Below, piece after piece: positions 23,706 to 35,000 of a DNA stretch of 64,000 nucleotides. The stretch comes from Paraspadella gotoi (lineage: Eukaryota > Animalia > Chaetognatha). The notes beneath the pieces are model-generated. The model was not told the DNA's origin. It did no database searches and saw only the letters and a list, made by a program, of their open reading frames with translations. Both the position numbers and the translations under genes were made by a program. The stretch's first letter is position 1. Each line of letters begins with the position of its first letter. The DNA is taken from contig CM119271.1 of assembly GCA_051294375.1 (NCBI GenBank), positions 3,193,061 to 3,257,060 on the forward strand, given 5' to 3'.

Positions 23706-26700
23706 TCAGCGATAGACCATGCTCTTCATGGCTTGAATGTGATTCAGCACGTCTTTTTTCGTGACGATGCCTGAAAAAAAAAAGGGCGTAAAATTAGAAA
23801 AATGAATTAGTTTTTTAAAATAGCTTTAACAAATTTGAACAAAAACTGACCTAGAAGGCGCCCATTGTGGGTGACCAGCAGCTGTCGCAGGCCGAGTTTG
23901 GTGAACATGTCACCACGGTCTCCATGGGGGTTTGGTCCGTGATGGTGATTGGGGCCAGGTCTAATATGCGGCGAAGGCGCAAGAACCGACCTATTAGTAT
24001 TTAGGAAAGATTTGAATTTGAATCTTGACAACCCGAATTTTCGTTCATCATTAGAGACGAGTAATGTTTGATAATCTCTCATGACCCCCACCAAGAACCA
24101 TCCGTACAAGCCACAACCCCAGGAATCCCACTCTAATTCCCCACGCCCCTCACCTCCGACGGCATAGAAATGGCCGGCGTGGCGTCGGTGAAGGAGACGA
24201 CGGCCTCGTCCGCGTCGCCTTCTTCGCGCCCGCGTTCTCGATCGCCGCCGCCAAATCTTTGCGGGCGACGAAGCCGACGAGATACTGGGACTCTTCGGAC
24301 ACAACACTGACAACAGGAAAGAAGAAGAAGAAGAAAAAGAAGAAATGGATAAATTTGGGAAAGGTTTATAGATTCTCGCGACGACGACGACGACGACTAA
24401 GACGTCGACGACTACTCACCGGAAACCCGTTGTAAGTGCTCTGTCTCAGGATGAGCTTGACGTTGCGGACGGTCATTCCCTCTTGCTTGATGACGACCAA
24501 GGGAGGCTCGTTGGTTCCCGGCTTCGGTCGCATCACGTGACCTGAGTGGAAAAGGCAAAGGGTCACGTGAGAAATAAGAAACACAAAAAAAATGAAATCA
24601 AAATCGTAAATTCCATAATCGTTAAATAAATTAAATGAAGAGAAAAACTAAAACACATGATCCATCCGTCTTCCTAAATAATTTTCCGTCCGGAGCGACT
24701 GGAAAAAAATCACCCGACAGCGTGGCGTGCTCGAAGGAGTTCTTGCTGTCGAGGTAAGGATATTGATTGAGTTCGATGTGAGCGTCGTAGATGCCGCGTT
24801 TTCCGAAGGCGTCGCGCCCACCCACTTGGCCGTCATGCAGGCCATCATGATGGGGATGATGTAGGTCAGGCCGCCCGTGAGCTCGAACATTATGACGACG
24901 AGGGAGATGGTCATCTCCGCGTGACGCCGCCCAGCGCCGCCGCGGCGCCGACCAACGCGTAGACGCCGGGGGTGATGCAGACCTGCTGCCCCTCCAGGTT
25001 GGCGCAGTCCGCGCGAAGATGTACCAGTCGGGGAAGGTGTAGACGAGCTGGTTGACGCGCGACGCCGACCATGCGACCCACGATGGCGCCTGAGATGAGG
25101 GAGGGGAGCAGAAGGATGTGGGGTTAGAGCCGGCTTAAAAATCAAAGACCAGCGGGCATCTTACCGACGGCCATGGACGGAATGAAGAGTCCAGCGGGAG
25201 TTTTCACGCCGAAAGTAAAAATGGTGATGACGCATTGAAGATGAGAGCCAACGACAGTTGCCACATGGCTTGTGGACGCCGGGACCAGCGGTTGCCTGTG
25301 AAGAGATTATTTTTGCGGAGATGATCTTATTATTTTCTGCGTTTCTCCTTATTTTTTTTCTAATTTTGACGACGCGGATCGATCACAGAATTTATGGTTC
25401 CAAGTGGAACCGGGATTCTTCATGGTTCTTCCCACCAAAAGTGAGCATCTGCTCAGCAACGCGACATCTACCCGAGAGAAAAACGAAAAGAGGAAACCTC
25501 CTCTTCCCGCTTCTCTCCCCTCCCGTACGCTACCTCAGTACGCCGACACGAGACAGAATCACCCGTAACCAAGCAAACCAAGAGGGGGGAATCCCGCGAA
25601 GACTTCGGTGACGTGCCACGCCCACTTGACCGACGTCGTAGAAGGGGGGGATGAGAAACCGCAAAAAGAACCAGTCCATGGACGAAAACCGGGTCTGGAA
25701 AACTGACGGCGGACGAAGCAACGGCCGAAAGAGCTGTCGGGGCGATCAGTTGGCGTCCTTGACGTCCCTGGAGTCCCCCCCTACGCTTGGGAGCGGCGAA
25801 AAACTTGCGAGGCCAGTAGCGACGGCGAGCGGGATTACGCGGACTGCCACGCCATGCTTGCGGCTAACAGAACTGGCGCAATAGTGAGGCCGCCCCGGAG
25901 CGGAGAAGCGAGAATGGAACGCTTGAAGTGACGCTCTGTGGAGCGGTCTCCCGAAAAAGAAGACGTGGAGGGCGGAGAACTGAACAGAACTGTTTGAGAT
26001 CCTGAAGGCGGCCAAGCGTCGACAACTAAGCCCGAGACTCGAGAGCCAAAAATCGCCGCCAAACCCGACGAGGCGTCTCTAAGGGGCTTGGCAAGATCGT
26101 CAAGGTGGCTGCGTCCACTGCACCGGGCCCCTCCGAGCGAAGGCCTCAACCATGAGGCGGAGAGCGTCAGCGACAGAAAGGACAGCATGAGCGGACGTCC
26201 GGCGTCCTCATGATGCGCTCAAAAGCCTTGAAAGCGCGCGTCGTCTTGGAGTCCTTCCGAACGGCGTCGAACTGAGGCCAAGGCAAATCTCTTGAGCAGG
26301 AGACGAAATCCGCCGGCGAAGAGACATCCGACAGCGCCGGAAACGCGTATAGGCGGAAGAACGTCCCACGACGTAAAGAACGTCGTCCTGGCCAACTCTG
26401 CGCAAAAACCCTCCACGCTGTAGGACCCACTCCGAAGGCTGTACAGAAGCACGAGGACAAGAAGTTGTCCAACCCGCAGCAGAAACGGAGGCCGTCGTCG
26501 TCGACTTGCGCAGATGGGGCTCGACGAGGAAGGCGTGACGCAGTCACCCGCTCGAGCGTGAAGGCCGATTCCGCCGCCGAAGAGGCCGCCAAAGAACGCC
26601 GAAGACTCCAAGTCGCTGGGTACAACGAAGACCGACGAAGAACGGCGAAATGCGAACAGAGGCGTCCAAGAACCATTAAGAAAAAACGTACATGGAAAAA

Positions 26701-29662
26701 AAAGAGAAATCATTGAAAAATGACAGTCTCAAAAAAAAGAACCCCAAAAAACACCCCACCAAACAAGACAAGCGGAGCCTGAGCGCCCTCCGCACCGGTG
26801 GTGCCAGGGTGGACGGTGGGTGGTTGTTGGTGGGGAAGAACCATGAAGGAATCCCCGGTTCCACTTGGAACCATAAATTCTATCATGTAGTTCTTCCCAC
26901 CAACAAGTGAGCCTGTAACAAGACAGGCAAAGGCCCGACAAAAAACAAACAAACAAAGTCGAGTTAGGTGGGGCACAGGAGGAAACCCCTCTGTACGCCG
27001 AAATGTACGCCAAAAAAAAGGCGAAAAACAAAAACGAAAAGAAGAACTCACCGCCGGAAGACTCTCCAATTCGGAACGAGACGAGCGGCGAAACTCCCTA
27101 AATTCGCGACGAACGCTATAAGAGCGTTGCTAATTTGGAGAACTGCCTCCATCTGAAGGGGCATACTTCGGCCTGACCAGAAAAGCCCGGAATGGCTGAT
27201 GGTGGAGGCGGTGGAGGCGGCGGCGAAGGCGGCGGCGGAAGAGACATGAGGGTAGTCGAGTTGAAAACTGCGCGCCTCAGTCCAAAAAACGGAGAGCACT
27301 GGACAAACAAGGGGGCCGAAACAAGGTTCTCCCCCCTGCAGCGTACTAAGCGCCGTGGGCAAACGAGAGGGCCAGTCGCGGCTCTTCCCTCCGCAGCCGC
27401 GCAGGGTGCGTCGAGGGCAGCGAAAGGGCGAGTCAGGCTCTTCCTCGAAGCACGCACAACGAAAGACGAAAAAAGATGGCGCCGTGGGAGAAAACTTCAA
27501 AGCCACGTGTCGAAAATATCTGTATTCTGAACTCCAAAAAAAGGAACGAAAAAATATGCAAAATTATTCAAAAAATAATCAAAAAATATTTTCGTAAAAA
27601 GCCGGGAGACTGTGAGCGCAAAAGCGCGAACAGAGAAGTGATTCTGTCTCGTTCCGGCCGTACTGAGGTAGCGTACGGGAGGGGAAGAGAAGGCGGGGAA
27701 GAGGAGGTTTCCTCTTCGTTTTTCTCCGGAGATGTCCGTTTGCTGAGCAGATGCTCACTTGTTGGTGGGGAAGAACTACATGATAGAATCAGCGACGAAG
27801 ACTAAGTAGATTTCCAAACTGAGATAAATCAACGAACAGTCGATTCGAAAGGCTATTACTTCATCCAGACTATCACGATTTTCTCCTTCTTCTACTCTCC
27901 TTTCATCCACCGCCGCATGGGCGCCGACCCCGGTTCCGATTATCGGCGAAGGACAAAGTCGCCAGAGCGGCTGATTGACTCTCGTTAGAGGGCGGTCGAC
28001 TCGCCGGAGAGAAGCTCCAGATCAGTTCAGAGCCGGACATTCCGGGGTGAAAGGGGATGTGAGTATGAGCGAAACCGTCGGTCAAGGCTACGAGTCCGAG
28101 AACTTCAACGAGGATGGCGCTTTTGTCCTAGATTTTTTTTTTTTTTGGAGGGGAGGGGGGGAGGTGAATGACAAGTGTGAAAAAAGATGGTGAGTGGAAA
28201 TCTTAAAAATATCATATGATTTGTGTGTAGCCCGGAGACTCGAGAGCGAGGTTCAACAAATCGTGAATTCTCCTATGACAATTGAGGTCATATACCTTGC
28301 GTGCAACGATCATTTTAAAAAATCTTTATTTCACAACAAATTAATCACGAGACAAAATGTTAATCTTCAATTTATTCACAAGAATTAACTACCGTAATTT
28401 CACAACGCAACCCCCTCGCTCACCCAAAATGTGTTTTTCCTCACGCGGGCACCAAAAGATGTTGGCCTTGATGAAGATGGCGCCCCAGACGCCGCGAAGA
28501 TGCCGAGAGCCCACGAAGGGATATGAGTTCGAAGAGGTACAGGGCTCGTTATAGCTGATGAAAAACATTCACGGCCTGGGCGGAAAAAATATAAAATATT
28601 TAATATTAAATCATATTTTAATATTTGAAAGGGCTTTTTTCGTCCTTCCACAATGTCGCGAAACTGTTCATCGTTGGAAAGGGTGATGGACGAAGTGACG
28701 AAGGCGGCGACCAGCGCGCAAGTAAAAATCGCCACAAGTTTTTCAGGGGGAAATAATAGAGACCTTCTCCAGGGAGAAACGACTCCGCCTTTTTGTGAGA
28801 AAAAAAAAGAGGTTGTGGAACGCAAGGTTCGTGAGAAGATCAACGGTTGACGATTGGTGTTGTAGTTGTTCGTCCACAGGTTTTATTATTTTCTCCCGAT
28901 TGCCAATTAATTCCTCATCTCTCATTTCTTTGTTTCTTCTTCCTTTCTTTCTTCCTCCCCATTTTTCTTATTTACTTTTATTAGATACTTTTCTTTTCTT
29001 TCTTCCCCTCTTCCCCATCTGTTTTCTTTTTCCTTTTTCTTCTCTTTTCTCTCTCACCGGCGGGGGCGCCGAACGGCAACGCTGGACGCCGGCCGCCGCC
29101 GCGCCGACCAAATCCCCTTTTCTTCGCTTCGTTTTCTTCCGTTAAAAATTATATAACAATATTAATTTACATTAGGAAATATATATCATTAATATAATAC
29201 TGAACCCCTTGGTACCAAGGCGCTAACCGTATTTGGGAAAGATATTAGGCGAGTATATTTCGATGCGAACAAGCGACGTGCACCAAAGGACCCTTCCTTC
29301 CGCCAAGGGAGAGTCCCGAAGCGACGGCGAGCATAGCCGCTATGGACTTGATGACAAGGGTCCACTTGCCGAGTGGTAGCTGGAGAACAAAACGCGAAGA
29401 GTAAAAATCGCCGCTGAGAATCACGAACTCTTTCCTCGGATCCCTCACCCGCGAATGATGAACCCGGACAAAATGGTCTTTGATTTCGGGAAATCCCAGA
29501 CCCGCAAGCGTAAGGGCAAAGACGCGACGAGGAGGGCGTGAAGTGGCGCCAAAAAATGAGCGCCATTCGCCGCGTACATGATGAAAGAGATGGTCGTAGC
29601 GGCGGCGTTTCGGACCTCGGCGAACGACTCGAGCCAAACGAGCCCATACGTCCGGCAAGTCT
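23706..29662 (-). pseudogene. 5'-truncated second copy (or second haplotype) of the CLC exchanger gene
   Basis: The same exons as 15110-18601 in reverse. The copy starts mid-exon, has many frameshifts and carries a 2.4 kb intronic insertion. Confidence 0.8.
25392..27789. mobile_element. DIRS1-like (tyrosine-recombinase-type) retroelement, non-autonomous
   Basis: ITRs at 25425-25562 and 27638-27776. An internal complementary region at about 26824-26912 equals the reverse complement of the right end joined to the left end. AGAAT is shared at both ends, and the element is absent from the equivalent intron near 16906. Confidence 0.85.
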
Positions 29663-30481
29663 ACAAAAAAAAACTCATCATTCTTTAAATATAACATCTA
29701 AACTCGGACTTAATCTCACGTTTTTCAGATTAAATTCCCTTCTGATGTAACTTTTTTTTTTCTAAACCATCCGACCGGATTTTGGATTTCAATATTTTTC
29801 TCCCGCGAAGCTTGTATCAAATTTCTTTCAGATTTGTTCGAGAATCGTCCTAAATAGAATCGTTAATTATCATACCATCAAATGTCCGACGTTTCAAATC
29901 AAAATTATCATTCGGACAACGTTCCCATTAGTTTCGCACATTGAATCGTTAAAAAAAAAGGATCGTTTAATATCAAAGTTATAAAAAAAGCCTTTTTTTC
30001 TGCGTTTTTGATACACGGGGGGTGGGGGGGCGGCTCTTTCTCTCTTCCTCCCTCCCTCCATCCAAAAACCCAATTTTCTTTGTTATGTGATTGAGAACGA
30101 GACTTGACTAAGGATAGATCAATTATCAACCACTAAAAAAAAAAAGTAAAAAATATTTTTTATCTGCGTGACTTAAAACATAAAAGTCGCTTTTATTCTT
30201 CGGTTCGAAACTTCTTTCGATTTTGCTTTGTTTTTTTCTTTTTTCTTTTATTTTTCACTTCGGGTTTTGTTTCGTTGAAACAAATTTAGGGATCTGGTTT
30301 GTTTTTTTTTTTGTTGGTTTTTTCATTTTTTGCCGCAATGGATTTGACCCTTTTTTCTCTGGCTTTTGTAAAGATCAATTGCGAAATTGGCCTCAATAAA
30401 ATCAAAATATCCTCAAACTTTCAAAAAACGATGATAAATGGTTAAAAATCAATATTTTAATCGAATCCGTTTCGTTTAACT

Positions 30482-30660
30482 TTTTTAGTTGCTCCCCGAG
30501 TACTCGCGGAGCAACTCTATAAGTTACTTTTCGGTCGGTCGGTCGACATGTTTATCAGTCGGTTTGTCCCATTTACGTTATTAAAAATAAAATTGATTTG
30601 CATAAAGTTGGTTGCTCATTTGTAAAAACTCAAGTTTAAGTAACTGCTTGCGCCGCCTTT
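30482..30660 (+). mobile_element. Helentron/HINE-like repeat fragment, family B
   Basis: TTTTTAG followed by the hairpin AGTTGCTCC..GGAGCAACT, CTATAAG and (CGGT)n. An inverted homologous copy lies at about 62984-63160. Confidence 0.6.
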
Positions 30661-31718
30661 AGGAATTCTTAAAATTTTATAGACAGAATTTTGATGCAGT
30701 GCATGTCATAAATAAACGGGCAAAAAAAGTTTTCATGTTATGTCATATCATATCGTATATGATCAAAGAGAAATACATTTAAAAGTAAAGTTACTGCGGC
30801 GCAACACATTGGAATTACCGTTCTTGTTTTTCTATTGTTTTCCTTCACGACGCCCATCATTGTGTTTTCGTATCTTTTTCGCCGGCAATAAATCGACGAA
30901 AAGGGAAAAAAAAAGATAATTTGGGCGAAATTTCTATTCGACTTTCGTTTACATAAACAGGACAAAAAAATCTTTCTTAATCGCTTTACATCGATTTTGA
31001 TAAGAAATCTCTCATGCCCGCCGAAATTGGATGACCGCTGGGTGGGCTGAAAGGATTGCAGGAAGAAATTAAAGAAAGACGAAAAAATGAACTAAAATGC
31101 CGGAGGTTCTATTTGCTTAGCAATAACTCGATTAATTCTCTAAGACCCATTAACGTAGGAAAAGACATGGCGGTTAGAAAAATTTGGTAGTAGCTACTTT
31201 TTTGTTCGGTAATAACGTAATGATCTTAATCCCCATCGGTATTTATGAAATATTGAAGAAATTTCCTTTATCTTTTCGCCTCAAGACTCAAATTAGGCTT
31301 GGCCTAATTTTTTCTACTTTTAAACTTTCAAGTCTCGATCCGCCTTGCGAATTAAGGACACGCCCCACGGCGCGCCCGTCCCGGTCCGCTTCTACTTCTA
31401 GACCTTTCCCGACTTTCGAATTCTCGCGCGGAGAAAACTAAAACTTTTGCCGACTCAATAAAACTCTCGAAAACGTTCTAAACCCGTTTTTTTTTTTAAG
31501 GCCGCTTTCGCGGAAAACATTTCGAAATCCTCAAGGCTCAAAACCCTCTTTTGCGCCGGCGAGACTTAAATTTAAATCTTTTTTTTTGGCAACTTTCGGC
31601 TTTTGGCAACTCTTCGCGAGTAGAGACGTAACCTTGGAAACGAAATTACTCGGCCAAGAAAAATAATAGCAATTGTGGTTAAAAAAAAACAAAAAAACAA
31701 AAAACAAAACAAAAGACG

Positions 31719-32005
31719 ATGGCGTTTCGTCGAGATCCTTTTTTCAACGATCCATTTTTCGATGATTTCGAAAGAGACATGCAGGACTTTAGGAAGAAGT
31801 TCTTTTCAACATCATTCTTCGGGTAAAATTTTCGATTTGAGGCAATTTATCAATCAAAACTAACAAGCAATCGATTAATCAATCACTCGAGTGTAATTTA
31901 AATCGGTTTCAATCTTCACCATCTTTGTTGACAATCAATCAAATCAAAGCCAAAGGAAATATATTATTTGTGATTCTCTCTCTCTCTCTCTCTCTCCTCT
32001 CTCTA

Positions 32006-32084
<79 letters not shown>

Positions 32085-35000
32085 ATTTAAATTAACATCA
32101 AACGAAACTAATGTTCCTCTCAGCGACGAACCAGCAGCGACCGGCTCGATGTTTTCGAGTCATCGTCCTCGACTCGGTGACCGGATGAGCGACCGGATCG
32201 GCGACCGGATAGGAACTGGATCAAGCATCGGCACCGGCCTGACGGGATTCCGTTCCAACGCCGCAAATCGCGCCGCGGCGCCGCCCCCGAGGGAGTCGTG
32301 GTACGAGCGAGAGGTGGCGCCGTTCAAATCTGGGCCCAGGTCAGTTGATAAGGGTGGGGCCGGCAGGGAGGATCTATCCATGATTAAATCCCAGTTTTAA
32401 ACCCTTGGCCCTCCCCCACACAAACACTCACCCACTCTGGTAATCAGCAAATACGCCGGCTCCGACTTCTCGCGGAAGAACAGTCTCTACGAAGGCCCCT
32501 TGATCGAGACGATTCCCTCCACCTGCTCCACCCCCTGTCCCTCGGAATATAGCAGGTTCGCATGGGGAGATTGTCAACATGATCAGTGACGTACTACTAG
32601 GTTCATAATATTTATGATAAATGTAAAAAGAGGCGCGTTTTTGCAGGCAGACAGGTGATAAAAGAACCAAATATGAAAATCATCGCGCTGTTTTATCTAT
32701 ATGCGTTTGTCTTTTGTTATTTTAGTTTGGCATGCTTGCGCGCTCCTAGCGTTAACCAGAATTAGTTTAGTTTTGTTTTTCTTTATGTATAGTAAGCAAA
32801 TCAAACTTGCTTTTGTTTGTTTCTTAATAATATTAATTATTTGCTTTTAATTTTTTTAACTTACAATAAATATTTATTGCAAGCATTAAATTAAACAATC
32901 CCGGCGTACACGAGAATACGTAAAAACCACAAAAAGGCCAAATTACCGCCAACTCCTTTTTTCTCTCCGTTTGTCAGCCTCGGCGACATTTGTTCCCGCA
33001 GATCTTCGACGGTGAAAGAGCCGCTATGGAGCCCCGACTGCCCCACCTCCCCGCCCCCTTCCTACGCCGCCTCGGTCGCCTCGGAAGCCCCCGTCATCGG
33101 GACGGAAGGCCCCAAGTATTCCTCGGAGATCTTCATCCCGGCCAAACTTCCCAAAGAGTACGAGCGAAAGGACTCCGTGCCGCTCAGCAACAACGTCATC
33201 ATGGAGGAGAAAGGTGAGGGTGGTGGTGGCGGGTGGTTGAGGTGGGATGAAGGGGGTGGGAGGAAAATGTCGATATGGAGGAAAAGAAAATTTAGGCGCC
33301 ATCTTTGTCGAAATTTTATTTTCTGGGGATATTTCGGAGTCAGTCTCGCTTTCCTTTTTCTCTCTCTGTGCATTTATTGAAGCGTTTTGATTATTCATTA
33401 AGATTTCGATGTATTTATCTATCTATCTGGATCAGTCCATCTATTTTTGTGTTTAGATTTCTATCCATCTGTATTGATACTAGTGTCTATCTGCTCGACC
33501 GTTTTGAAATGTTTCACTTTCTATTTGTGACTTTTTTTCTAGTCATCTAAAATTCTGCCTGTCGACACTTTAAATTTTATTTATCAATATTTAATTTTAA
33601 CCATTCTATGATCTATCTCTACTTTTTATCTAAAATTGTTAATACCAATTCAATTTTCCATCGTCAGACGGCGTAAAGAAGATGAAGATCCAACTCGACG
33701 TCGGAAATTATTCTGTGGAGGAAATCAACGTGACGGCCGAAGATCAGAAACTCAAGATTAACTGTTGCAAGGAGGTCACCGACAGAGGTTAGAGGGTCCA
33801 AGGATTTAAAGAGGGTCACTGATAGCGGGTAAATGGATACAGAGAGGGTCAAAATCACTGTCACAAGCGAGAGGGTCCTGAGTACAAAGAGGATCACTGA
33901 CACAATGACACAGGGTAGACTAAAAGAAAACGACAAAATCAATCGGGCATTGCTATGATTTCATCACACCTTAATTAGTGACACGGTGGCTCATTGAGTA
34001 ATACCATCAGCTAATGACCATTAGGTACCGGGATCGATCCCCAATGATCCCTGCGGGAATCTTGAGGACGGCCATAAACCGTCTTGGTGGCATGGAAAAC
34101 CCCCCAAGAGTCTTGGCAAGACTGGTTCCAAGCCGAAGACCCGTTCATTTGCTGCTGATTGGGCTCAGAAGTTACGGACAGTAGTCTTCAGCCCACTTCG
34201 CTCCACTTCGCTCCTTATTCACAATTTTTTAATAAAAATTTCCTAAATTCGGATTTGCCAATAAAAAAATCGTCGACTTCTCGACATTTTCCGTTTTGTG
34301 GAAAACGAAATCGACAACAATAACGACATTATTTTGTCAACAACAATAACGACAATCCTCATTTTCCAGACGGCGGCGTCGAGACCCAAGAATACAAGAA
34401 GACGCTGAATCTGCCGGAGTCGGTCGACCCTGAGTTGATCACGTCTTTCCTCTCACAAGACGGAATCCTCACCGTCGAGTGCGTCCTCACGGAGCCGGAG
34501 AAAATCCGGCGGGATCCGGCGCAGGACGGACCGATCACCAAAGACGACGATGGGAATCAGGTGGATGGGTGCGGGGCGCGGTGGGGGGGGGGAGGTTAGT
34601 GTCCCGATTGAGTCGAGTCTGAGTCAAAGTCAAGTGTAAGTTCAAGTCTTCAAGGTCAAGTCGAGGTCAAGTCAAGGTCATGAGGAAATCAATGTTAACA
34701 TGTTAAGTCAATGTGAAGTCAACACAAAGTCAATGACAAGTTAAAATGCAATCAATGTGAAGTCAATGTTAAGTCAATGAGAGGTCAATAAGAATTCAAA
34801 GTGAAGTTCAACGCGAATTAAAGGGAAATTAAAGGGAAAAGTCAAAGTCAATTGAAGAAATGTAAAGTCAAATGAAAATATCCGAGGTCAATGCTTAGTC
34901 AAAGTCAATGTTAAGTCAATCTGTAGTCAATATGAGATCAATGTGAAGTCAAGGTAAATTTAAGGTCAGGGTCAAGTCTACGTCGAGTCAAATTTTACAT

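Larger units (their letters stand above)
15110..29662. repeat. Large inverted duplication: arm 1 about 15110-21576, arm 2 about 21727-29662, with an N-gap and short spacer at the centre
   Basis: Arm 2 is the reverse complement of arm 1, including exons, introns and downstream DNA, apart from indel noise and two TE presence/absence differences. Confidence 0.95.
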
